64,000 nt of DNA from Candidatus Melainabacteria bacterium 17Bon1m (lineage in GTDB: Bacteria; Cyanobacteriota; Vampirovibrionia; Obscuribacterales; Obscuribacteraceae). Below the pieces are notes generated by a model. The model had not been told where the DNA came from. It searched no databases and was given only the letters and a program-made list of their open reading frames with translations. The stretch covers positions 128,001 to 192,000 of the forward strand of contig JAVLKG010000009.1 in the NCBI GenBank assembly GCA_032128875.1, in the 5' to 3' direction. Positions 9,487-17,639 of the stretch are shown here, piece by piece (the first letter of the stretch is position 1; each line of letters opens with the position of its first letter). Made by a program: the position numbers and the translations under genes.

Positions 9487-9498
9487 AGGAGTTTACAA

Positions 9499-10836
9499 AT
9501 GGCTGATCTTTCGATCAATTTCAATGGCATCAAATCTCCCAATCCATTTTGGTTGGCCTCGGCACCACCGTCCAATTCTGGCTATCAGGTTCAAAAGGCT
9601 TTTGAAGCAGGCTGGGGTGGAGCTGTATGGAAGACTGTCGGCGCGCCGGTTATGAATGTGTGCAACCGATATGGAACCATCGACTATAAAGGTCGAAAAA
9701 TTATTGGTTTGAACAACGTAGAACTGATTTCCGATCGTCCTCTCGACGTCAACTTGAAAGAGATGCGCGAGACGAAGAAAAACTTTCCTGACCACGCAGT
9801 GATCGCTTCGGTCATGGTCGAGTCGAAGAAAGAAGCCTGGCAAGAAATCATCAAGCGCATCGAAGATACCGGTGTTGACGGCTTCGAACTAAACTTCGGC
9901 TGCCCTCACGGCATGTCTGAGCGCGGTATGGGTTCTGCTATGGGGCAAGTTCCTGAATACACTTGCATGGTCACTGAGTGGGTAATGGAAGTTGCCACCA
10001 AGCCTGTAATTGTAAAACTGACTCCGAACGTCACAGACATCGTGCATCCCGCAAGAGCTGCTGTAAAAGCGAATGCGTCTGCAATTTCGCTAATCAACAC
10101 CATCAACAGCATCATGGGTGTTGATCTCGATACTTTCGAAATTCGACCAAACGTCGGCGGCAAAGGGGGGCACGGTGGATACGCCGGACCTGCGGTTAAG
10201 CCAATCGCGCTTCACTTGCTCTCGTCGGTCGCGTCGGACGAAGAAGTTCGCAAAGCCGGCATTCCGATTTCAGGAATGGGCGGTGTTGAAACATGGCAGG
10301 ACGCCGTTGAATTCATGTTGCTCGGCTCGACCAGTGTGCAAGTCTGCACCGCAGTTATGCACTTCGGCTTCCGTGTCGTGGAAGACATGATCGATGGTAT
10401 GTCTAACTGGATGGATGAACGCGGGTTCAAGACCTGCACCGATTTCATAGGTGCATCGCTGCCTCGCATCAGCAGTTTTGGCGATTTCGATTTGGGCTTC
10501 CAATCAGTAGCTCGCATCGATCACAATAAGTGCATTCAGTGCAATTTGTGCTTCATTGCTTGCAATGACACTGCTCACCAGTGCATCGACTTGAAAGACA
10601 TGAAGTTGACCGACGAAGTAACCGAAAGACTTTGGCCGGTTGTGCGTGAAGAAGACTGCGTCGGATGCGCTCTTTGCGCCAGTGTCTGCCCCGTTGATGA
10701 TTGCATTACGATGACTGAAATCGATACAGGCAGACCGCATATCACGTGGAATCAACTCATCAAGGAAAAACCGGAAGTCCTGCAGTGGGACAAAATGGTC
10801 GAATACCGCGAGAAGAACCACATTCACATTCATTAG
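9499..10836 (+). CDS. preA: NAD-dependent dihydropyrimidine dehydrogenase subunit PreA
   Basis: 'NPFWLASAPP', 'GWGGAVWKT', 'GLNNVELISDR', 'LNFGCPHGM', 'KLTPN', 'INTINS', plus a C-terminal 2x[4Fe-4S] region (CIQCNLC / CVGCALC). Confidence 0.95.
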   Translation: MADLSINFNGIKSPNPFWLASAPPSNSGYQVQKAFEAGWGGAVWKTVGAPVMNVCNRYGTIDYKGRKIIGLNNVELISDRPLDVNLKEMRETKKNFPDHAVIASVMVESKKEAWQEIIKRIEDTGVDGFELNFGCPHGMSERGMGSAMGQVPEYTCMVTEWVMEVATKPVIVKLTPNVTDIVHPARAAVKANASAISLINTINSIMGVDLDTFEIRPNVGGKGGHGGYAGPAVKPIALHLLSSVASDEEVRKAGIPISGMGGVETWQDAVEFMLLGSTSVQVCTAVMHFGFRVVEDMIDGMSNWMDERGFKTCTDFIGASLPRISSFGDFDLGFQSVARIDHNKCIQCNLCFIACNDTAHQCIDLKDMKLTDEVTERLWPVVREEDCVGCALCASVCPVDDCITMTEIDTGRPHITWNQLIKEKPEVLQWDKMVEYREKNHIHIH

Positions 10837-10844
10837 GGTTGTGC

Positions 10845-11411
10845 ATGCGGCTCAACCTCTTTCGTGAACAAGCACGTAGCAAATATTTGTTGCTGCCCAT
10901 CATTTTCATGATGGCATTTTGCCCGTCTGCATCTTTTGCAGAAGGTGAGTTGCCATCGAGAACTTCGGAGGAGGCGGCTAAGCGCGGGTTGCTAATAAGA
11001 AAGCTTTTCCCAATGCCTGATGTTTTTGATTGGGAAAATCATGAGGTGAGTTTCAAGGAATGTTGGTACGAAAAGCCAGCCCCTGGTGGCTATCACAATC
11101 TGCTTTGTTTTCGACTAGTCGTTGATCAAAGCACCACACAAGAACTTGAAATTCAGAAGAGTTCTGATCGCTCGATGGAGTTTCGCGAGGAAGGCTCCAA
11201 AGGAAAAATATTGCTGACAGGAACTCATATAAATTATCCGTTGCGTAATTTCAAAATCAAACAAATTCGCAAGGGCATGGGTGAGATCATGCACTGGATT
11301 GAAATCAAAGAACCTGATACTAAGCAGTTAAAGCTGCGGATTTACACCATGAATCACAAAACTGATCTAACAAATAGATCTAACGTGGTTTTGACTTTTG
11401 ATGATCTTTAA
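10845..11411 (+). CDS. Hypothetical exported protein
   Basis: ATG 9 nt after the preA stop; signal-peptide-like 'YLLLPIIFMMAFCPSASFA'. Confidence 0.55.
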   Translation: MRLNLFREQARSKYLLLPIIFMMAFCPSASFAEGELPSRTSEEAAKRGLLIRKLFPMPDVFDWENHEVSFKECWYEKPAPGGYHNLLCFRLVVDQSTTQELEIQKSSDRSMEFREEGSKGKILLTGTHINYPLRNFKIKQIRKGMGEIMHWIEIKEPDTKQLKLRIYTMNHKTDLTNRSNVVLTFDDL

Positions 11412-11424
11412 AAGGACGTGAGCA

Positions 11425-12795
11425 GTGAAAAAAGTACTGGCTTTCCTGTCTACGTTGCTTAGCGGTATCTTCTTAGGATCTTGTAGCTCCGGAGTAGATG
11501 AGATGGTTGATCCTGACAGGACGGCCCGGGAAAGCGAAAACGGGTCTGAGATCAAAGTTGCAGTAACACTTCCAATGGCAAGCTGCGCAATTCCCGTCAA
11601 AGAAACAAATTCGGATGTCGAAAAAGACCTTGCTATAGCGATAGAAAAGCATGCTCCGAGCTCGTTGAAGACATTGACGCTAGAGATGCTGGAATCTCCT
11701 CTAATGAAGGTCGAAGTTTGGCCAAAGGAAAGAATTCCTTCAGAACTTTTGAGTCTGCTTGAATATACAGGTTCCACAGCTGAAGAAAAGAAGACTGTTC
11801 GCGAGGCAAAAAAATTTATCGTCATCCATGCTATTGGTAGACCGGGTTGGCCACCATTGCACGAATTTGGCATTAGGACTGCGGCAGCATCGCTTGCGTT
11901 GGAACTAAAAAGTACAGTCTTAGATTTGTATATGCCAGCTTTTGTACATCTCGATCAAGCTTTTGAAACTTTACCGCCTAAAGAAGACCCACCGAAATTA
12001 TCCAGCTGGCTTAAAGTCCTTACGTCTTCGGGAGAAAAGGGAATTTGGCTGACATCACGAGGTTTGGCGAGAGTCGGATTGCCCGAGTTGCAGTCAATTG
12101 ACGTTCCTCCCCAAATAGAAAATTCTTTGACTTATGTGATGACAGGATTGGCGTGGAAGATCATTAAAACTGCACAGGTTGCATTGCATCAAGATACAAA
12201 AGAACTTTCCCTGTCAAACGTGATTGAGGTCACTGACAAAGATATTGATGAAGCGTTTGGCAAGAAGGTCACAACAAAAACAGATACTGCAGCTAGCTTT
12301 CACTTGAAGATAAAGAAGGGAAGCGACGGGGCGGACTACCTAACTATTGTTAAGCCCGGCGGAGATAAGCGAACCAATGGTGTTTACCTCGCTGACCAGA
12401 TGCGTCAATTGATGGGCGCTTCCTCTGAGCCTCTAATTGAAACAACAAAGACGGATGAAATGGAAAAAGCAATGGCACTTGCGGTTGCCGAGTTGCCGAT
12501 GATTCGTGAGCGCTTTATCAGTGGCAGACTGCCCAATAATGGAAAATTGATATTGAAATTCAAAGTTACTCGGGGCGCAGATAGAGAGTATCTCTGGGCT
12601 TCAGTGACCGCGTGGAAGGAACTCGATAAAATCGACTGTTATTGCGGCAATGATTCTCGATTTGATCCCAAGCTCCGAGCCGGTAAGCAATTGACCCTAA
12701 GTCTTGATTCAATTGTCGATTGGGCTGTGATGGTTAATGATGACATTGTCGAAGGCGCTTACACCAATAAAGTTTTGGAGCAAGAGAAAAAGTGA
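11425..12795 (+). CDS. Lipoprotein with C-terminal DUF2314 (YegJ-like) domain
   Basis: Lipobox 'FLGSC'; C-terminal 'DEMEKAMALA...EYLW...IVDW...GAYTNKVL' pattern typical of DUF2314. Confidence 0.7.
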   Translation: MKKVLAFLSTLLSGIFLGSCSSGVDEMVDPDRTARESENGSEIKVAVTLPMASCAIPVKETNSDVEKDLAIAIEKHAPSSLKTLTLEMLESPLMKVEVWPKERIPSELLSLLEYTGSTAEEKKTVREAKKFIVIHAIGRPGWPPLHEFGIRTAAASLALELKSTVLDLYMPAFVHLDQAFETLPPKEDPPKLSSWLKVLTSSGEKGIWLTSRGLARVGLPELQSIDVPPQIENSLTYVMTGLAWKIIKTAQVALHQDTKELSLSNVIEVTDKDIDEAFGKKVTTKTDTAASFHLKIKKGSDGADYLTIVKPGGDKRTNGVYLADQMRQLMGASSEPLIETTKTDEMEKAMALAVAELPMIRERFISGRLPNNGKLILKFKVTRGADREYLWASVTAWKELDKIDCYCGNDSRFDPKLRAGKQLTLSLDSIVDWAVMVNDDIVEGAYTNKVLEQEKK

Positions 12796-12808
12796 TTGGA
12801 CTAAGAAA

Positions 12809-12844
12809 TGAGTTCATCCGTTGCTTTCGCATAGAATGAACTCA
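12809..12844. terminator. Hairpin between convergent genes
   Basis: TGAGTTCAT ... ATGAACTCA inverted repeat. Confidence 0.5.
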
Positions 12845-12893
12845 CTCGCCGTTATAACTTAAGTCCTACGGATTAGCCACTAAGCAGTAGCAA

Positions 12894-13511
12894 CTACGCT
12901 GTCACTGCTTGAAACAATTGGTCAATCGTGGCTTTGGCTGCAGCTTCTGTTGCTGCTTTGGTTTCTGGGTCTTTGCCGTAAGCCTTAACGAAAGTGATAT
13001 CGGTGATTCCAATGAAGCCCAAAACTCCACGCAAATATGGTTCGACAAAATCCATACCCTTCAATGGTTCCTGCGAATAGTCGCCAGCGCTAGCGGTGAC
13101 TACCACCACTTTTTTGCTTTTCAGTAAGCCCTGTGGTTTACCACCTTCGAATGTGAAGGTTCGTCCCGGACGCACGATTGCGTCGATATAAGCTTTCAGT
13201 ATCGCTGGAATGGAGAAGTTGTACATTGGTGCGCCGATTACATAAGTGTCGGCCTCAAGCAATTCCTTCATAAGCTCATCCGGCAACGATAGCAAAAGTT
13301 TCTGCGCTGCTGTGAGTTTATCCTCAGGCGTATTCATCGCAAAAATTAGTGATTCTGTAGCGAAAGGAACATTGGTTTCACTCAAATTGCGATTGATGAT
13401 TTTGCCGTTAGGATGTGCTTCTTGCCATTTGTGAGCGTAATGAGAGGTTAGTCCTCTTGTTACGGAAGTGTCGCTCAATCCACTAGAGTCTATGCGCAAT
13501 AATGTAGACAT
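12894..13511 (-). CDS. azoR: FMN-dependent NADH-azoreductase / quinone reductase
   Basis: 'MSTLLRIDSS', 'PMYNFSIPAILKAYID', 'GRTF', 'YLRGVLGFIGITD'. ATG 13511 is preceded by GAGG. Confidence 0.92.
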   Translation of the reverse strand: MSTLLRIDSSGLSDTSVTRGLTSHYAHKWQEAHPNGKIINRNLSETNVPFATESLIFAMNTPEDKLTAAQKLLLSLPDELMKELLEADTYVIGAPMYNFSIPAILKAYIDAIVRPGRTFTFEGGKPQGLLKSKKVVVVTASAGDYSQEPLKGMDFVEPYLRGVLGFIGITDITFVKAYGKDPETKAATEAAAKATIDQLFQAVTA

Positions 13512-13644
13512 TTTGATTTCCTCAAGTCGCCAAATATTTGAACAGTCGCGTGAAGTTGTGGCGGACTCGAAGTCCGTCCTTCTGCTTCTAAAACCCATTA
13601 GATGCTTCTGCTTTTCGCTGTTCGCTGCTATGATGGTACTTGCA

Positions 13645-13662
13645 ATAGACCAAACGGTCTAT
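13645..13662. promoter_or_regulatory. Perfect palindrome matching the NemR-type TetR operator TAGACC-N4-GGTCTA
   Basis: ATAGACC-AAAC-GGTCTAT in the azoR/araC divergent promoter region. Confidence 0.6.
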
Positions 13663-13719
13663 GCGCTTTCGTTCGGTTTTTATGTCTAGTCGTTCAAAAG
13701 TTGGCTCGATGGTGAATTT

Positions 13720-14658
13720 ATGGACTGTTTGTCCGATGCACTAAACAGAATACGTTTTAAGAGCTATATACATTGCAATAGCGAATTTACTGCACCGTGG
13801 GGTTTGCGCATGCCTGGATTTCAGGGACATGCTGCCTTTCTCGTTATGTTGCGGGGCGGTTGTGTGGTGTCGTTTGAAGATTCGAAAGACACGTATTCTT
13901 TGGCCGCCGGTGAAGTGATGCTGTTGCCGCGTGGCTCTGGCTGTGTAATTCAAGATAATGCAACTAGCGCCGTTTCTGATTTTTTTGATGTAAAACCTGG
14001 CCCGGGTCCAAGGGGAGAAATTTGGCATCATGGTGGAGGTGGTGCTCTCACATCCATTTTGATGGGATGTTTCGAGTTTGACATGCGTGTCAAGAATCCA
14101 CTAGTGGAGAGCCTTCCGGGGGTTATGTACCTTAAGGCAGAACAACTGCAATCCGAGCCGTGGTTGGATACAACAATGCGTTTTCTTGCGTCTGAGACAG
14201 CAAGCAATCGTCCTGGCTCAGACATACTGGTCGGACGTTTGACTGATATGCTTTTCATTCAAATAGTTAGAGCCTTTATGACTCAACACAAAGACTGCGC
14301 CGGCTCTACGGGCTGGTTGAAAGGCCTAGCCGATCCAGAGATTGGTGCTGCACTCCGCTTGATTCATGAGAAACCATCGGCACCATGGACAGTGGCTACT
14401 TTGGCCAAGGAAGTTGGAATGTCTAGAACAACTTTTGCAGTAAAGTTTGCAAACCTCATGACGTCGACACCAATGGACTACCTCACCTCATGGCGCATGC
14501 AAGAGGCTGTGAGCTTAATGGAGCAAGGTGAGGAGAGTGTTTCCGCTATTGCTTCCGCAGTCGGGTATACATCTGAGGCTGCCTTCGCGAAAGCATTTAA
14601 ACGTGAGATCGGGGCGGCACCTGGCGCTTTTAGACGAAATGTTTTGACGCGTGCGTAA
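13720..14658 (+). CDS. AraC-family regulator with cupin_6 N-domain (RclR-like)
   Basis: 'FTAPWGL', 'ADPEIGAALRLIH..P..PWTVATLA..VGMSRTTFA', 'VGYTSEAAFAKAFKR'. Confidence 0.92.
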   Translation: MDCLSDALNRIRFKSYIHCNSEFTAPWGLRMPGFQGHAAFLVMLRGGCVVSFEDSKDTYSLAAGEVMLLPRGSGCVIQDNATSAVSDFFDVKPGPGPRGEIWHHGGGGALTSILMGCFEFDMRVKNPLVESLPGVMYLKAEQLQSEPWLDTTMRFLASETASNRPGSDILVGRLTDMLFIQIVRAFMTQHKDCAGSTGWLKGLADPEIGAALRLIHEKPSAPWTVATLAKEVGMSRTTFAVKFANLMTSTPMDYLTSWRMQEAVSLMEQGEESVSAIASAVGYTSEAAFAKAFKREIGAAPGAFRRNVLTRA

Positions 14659-14876
14659 GGTTCGCTTTACAGCTCGCCGTTTTCGTAGTGAGCGGACTGT
14701 CATGTTAATGCGCTGTCTGCGCTATAACATTCTCTTTCTACCCCATGGTGGAATTACCATTGATCTCGGGCGCGCGTAGATATATCTTCTACGCAGGAAA
14801 CATCCTCCGTCGCCATTCTTAACCCTTCAAATTGCCGGACAAGTGGGCTGCCGGCGAACCTCAGGACGTGCCGAAA

Positions 14877-15302
14877 ATGTTGAATTTCATTCTCAGTATC
14901 TTCTCGATCACTACCAATAGAGCCGCAATGCCGTTGCTTGCAGCTTTTGGAATCTTCATCACAGCCTGCATTCCAAGCATTGCGGCAGACGCTTTCACGG
15001 CAGGCTGCAATCAGTACAAGCTCGGTAAATTCCCTCTGGCCAAGGCTTTCTTCGTCAAAGCAGTACAAGATGAGCCGACCAGCATCGCAGCGCACTACCA
15101 GCTTGCGAATACCTACTTCCAGCTTGGCGAGTACGACAATTCAATTTTTCAGTACAACGCTTGTCTAAAACTCAATCCAGACATCAGAATGCGGTCCTTT
15201 TGCGTGGGAGCCCTGGCGCAGATTTACAACTTGAAGCGCTCCAGCGCTAACAAAGTGGCTTCCAGCAATACGTCGTCAGCATCGACAGTCAAACAGTATT
15301 AG
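14877..15302 (+). CDS. Small exported TPR protein
   Basis: Signal-like segment followed by TPR 'AHYQLANTYFQLGEYDNSIFQYNACLKLNP'. Confidence 0.7.
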   Translation: MLNFILSIFSITTNRAAMPLLAAFGIFITACIPSIAADAFTAGCNQYKLGKFPLAKAFFVKAVQDEPTSIAAHYQLANTYFQLGEYDNSIFQYNACLKLNPDIRMRSFCVGALAQIYNLKRSSANKVASSNTSSASTVKQY

Positions 15303-15388
15303 GTTAGGTCGCCAGTCCGGCGCTGATGTTGCCAGATGGAATCGGATTAAGTCCCAAGCCCTCCGTTTGTCCGCCGTCAAGAGCTGTC

Positions 15389-15415
15389 TGTTATAATTAG
15401 CTGACCCGAGCGTCA
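15389..15415 (+). promoter_or_regulatory. Extended -10 promoter and putative TetR operator of the efflux operon
   Basis: TGtTATAAT at 15389-15397 followed by TGAC-N6-GTCA at 15402-15415, overlapping the predicted start site. Confidence 0.6.
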
Positions 15416-15490
15416 ATGAATTCTGGCTAATCTATTTATATAGCCGAACTTTGCTGGCTCATCGGCTCTTATGCAGTGATAGCGCAGAGT

Positions 15491-16207
15491 ATGTCGGACC
15501 TTACCTTAAACCAAAGCGCAGATGTTTCTACCGACCTGATTTCAGTTCGGATGCGCAAACCTGTGGGCCGACCGAAGGACGAAGATCTGCCGGCGCGTCG
15601 CAGGCAGGAGATTTTAGAGGCTGCAGGATTTTTCTTTGCGCGTCTCGGTTACCCTAACTCCGATTTGAAGCTGCTTGCCGAAGAGCTGGGTGTTGCAAAA
15701 GGCACTCTGTATCGGTATTTCCCGAGCAAGAAAGACCTGTTTCTCGCCACCGTCGATAATTGCATGCAGCAACTTAGCGAACAAGTGACTATTGCTACGG
15801 CACAGGTCAAAGCTCCCCAGCACCGTGTGGCGCATGCGCTGCGAGCATATTTTCGTTTCTTCGATGCGCACCCCTATGTGGTCGAGTTGATCGTACAAGA
15901 GCGCGCCGAGTTTAAAGATAGACCTCTACCAGCGCCTCTGGACAAGGATAATGGTGGTATCTGGCGACAGCACTTCAAAGATCTGGTTGCGTCGGGCAGC
16001 CTGCGTGAGGTGTCTGAAGATAGGCTGGTAGAGACGATGAGCAGCCTGCTATACGGAGTGATTTTCAACAAGTACGTCAGTGGTTCTAGCGACACACTAG
16101 AATCAAAAACTGAGGACGTGCTCGACATTGTTTTCAACGGTCTGATGAAAGAGAAAAATTGGGGCAGTCAAAAAGGAAGCCATGGAAGTGAAATCGACAG
16201 TCAATGA
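15491..16207 (+). CDS. TetR/AcrR family regulator
   Basis: 'RRQEILEAA..FF...GY', HTH 'LAEELGVAKGTLYRYFPSKKDLF'. Start uncertain (15476/15491/15551). Confidence 0.92.
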   Translation: MSDLTLNQSADVSTDLISVRMRKPVGRPKDEDLPARRRQEILEAAGFFFARLGYPNSDLKLLAEELGVAKGTLYRYFPSKKDLFLATVDNCMQQLSEQVTIATAQVKAPQHRVAHALRAYFRFFDAHPYVVELIVQERAEFKDRPLPAPLDKDNGGIWRQHFKDLVASGSLREVSEDRLVETMSSLLYGVIFNKYVSGSSDTLESKTEDVLDIVFNGLMKEKNWGSQKGSHGSEIDSQ

Positions 16208-17633
16208 GACCGGCTCTGTGAGCCAGCCGCAAGCGAAGCCGCCTTCCGACGGTGCGGGCGCCCACACACAGTCTCAACCTTTTTATAAGAGTCGCAAGAC
16301 GATTATTCTCTCGCTAGTGGCGATCCTTGCTTGTGCAGGTGTGGTGATGTTCAACCAGGCGCACAATGGACAAGAGGCAAAGACACAAGCGCCCGAGCCA
16401 GTAATCACAGTCACGACAGAGAAGGTTGCTCCTCATCTGATGAAGGGAGTTGTCCAGGTCAACGGAACTGTTTGGGCTTGGGATCCGCTCACAATCGGGT
16501 CGGAAGTAAATGGACTGAGAATCGAATCGATTGCGGTTGATGACGGAGACAAGGTAAAACGAGGGCAGGTTCTTGCTCGCCTCAATGCATCGGTTTTGAA
16601 CGCGCAATTGGCGGAAGAGAAAGCAAAGCTGGCAGCGCAGCATGCAACTTTGAAGAGAACCATTCAGCCTAACCGTCCCGAAGATCTGGTCAGCTTGCAA
16701 GCTGCCGTTTATCAAGGCGAATCTGCAGTCGCTGAAGCCGAAACCATGCTGGTCAAGGCTAAAGCAAACTTGTCCAATGCGCAGCACAATGCAGAACGCT
16801 ATCGCGGATTGGTGACGCAGGGTGCAGTAAGCCAGCTCGAAGCCGACCAAAAAGACACGGAAGCAAAAACAGCAGATGCCGAGACTCGCAACGCAGAGCA
16901 AAAGGTGCGGACCGCGAAATTCCAGCTAGAGCAAGCGAAACAGCGTTTGATCATGGGGCAGCAAGGCGGGCGCAAAGAAGACGTAGACATATCGCGTGCG
17001 ACGGTCGCTCAGATGCAAGCGAATGTGCAGAGGCTTGAAGCGCTGGTTGCGCAGTCTGTCATCAAGGCTCCGTCCGATGGATTTATCTTGCGTCGTGATG
17101 CCCACCTTGGCGAAATCACAGCAGTTGGCAAAGCGCTTTTCCTGATGGTCAGAGACAACCGATTGGAGCTTCGTGCGCAGGTTGCTGAAGTGGATTTGCC
17201 GCTTATTCATCCAGGGCAGAAAGTTGAAGTGACTGACTCGACCGCCTCAAACTATAAAGTTCAGGGCACAGTGCGGGAAGTCAGTCCGATGATTGATCAG
17301 GACATGCGGTTAGGAACCGTGCGCATAGACCTGCCGGTTTCGGAAGGAAAGCAAACCCATATTTTCAAGCCAGGTAATTTCGCCCATGCGACCATTGATA
17401 TTGGCGATCGAACACCGCTTGCGGTGCCGAGTTCTGCGATACTAAGTCGAGAGAATAAGAGTTTTGTCTACGTTGTAAATCCGGATAACACTGTCTCGAC
17501 TCGCAATGTGAAAACCGGTGAGAGAGCGGCGGGGCATGCGGAAATCTTGTCGGGCCTCAACGCCGGGGAAACTGTAGTAGTGCGTGGTGCCGGTTTTTTG
17601 AAAAACGGTGATTTGGTCAGGGTAAGTCAGTAA
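16182..17633 (+). CDS. RND efflux membrane-fusion (periplasmic adaptor) protein
   Basis: TM anchor, 'VDDGDKVKRGQVLARL', long coiled coil, 'IKAPSDG', 'EILSGLNAGETVV'. Confidence 0.92.
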   Translation: MEVKSTVNETGSVSQPQAKPPSDGAGAHTQSQPFYKSRKTIILSLVAILACAGVVMFNQAHNGQEAKTQAPEPVITVTTEKVAPHLMKGVVQVNGTVWAWDPLTIGSEVNGLRIESIAVDDGDKVKRGQVLARLNASVLNAQLAEEKAKLAAQHATLKRTIQPNRPEDLVSLQAAVYQGESAVAEAETMLVKAKANLSNAQHNAERYRGLVTQGAVSQLEADQKDTEAKTADAETRNAEQKVRTAKFQLEQAKQRLIMGQQGGRKEDVDISRATVAQMQANVQRLEALVAQSVIKAPSDGFILRRDAHLGEITAVGKALFLMVRDNRLELRAQVAEVDLPLIHPGQKVEVTDSTASNYKVQGTVREVSPMIDQDMRLGTVRIDLPVSEGKQTHIFKPGNFAHATIDIGDRTPLAVPSSAILSRENKSFVYVVNPDNTVSTRNVKTGERAAGHAEILSGLNAGETVVVRGAGFLKNGDLVRVSQ

Positions 17634-17639
17634 AACACA

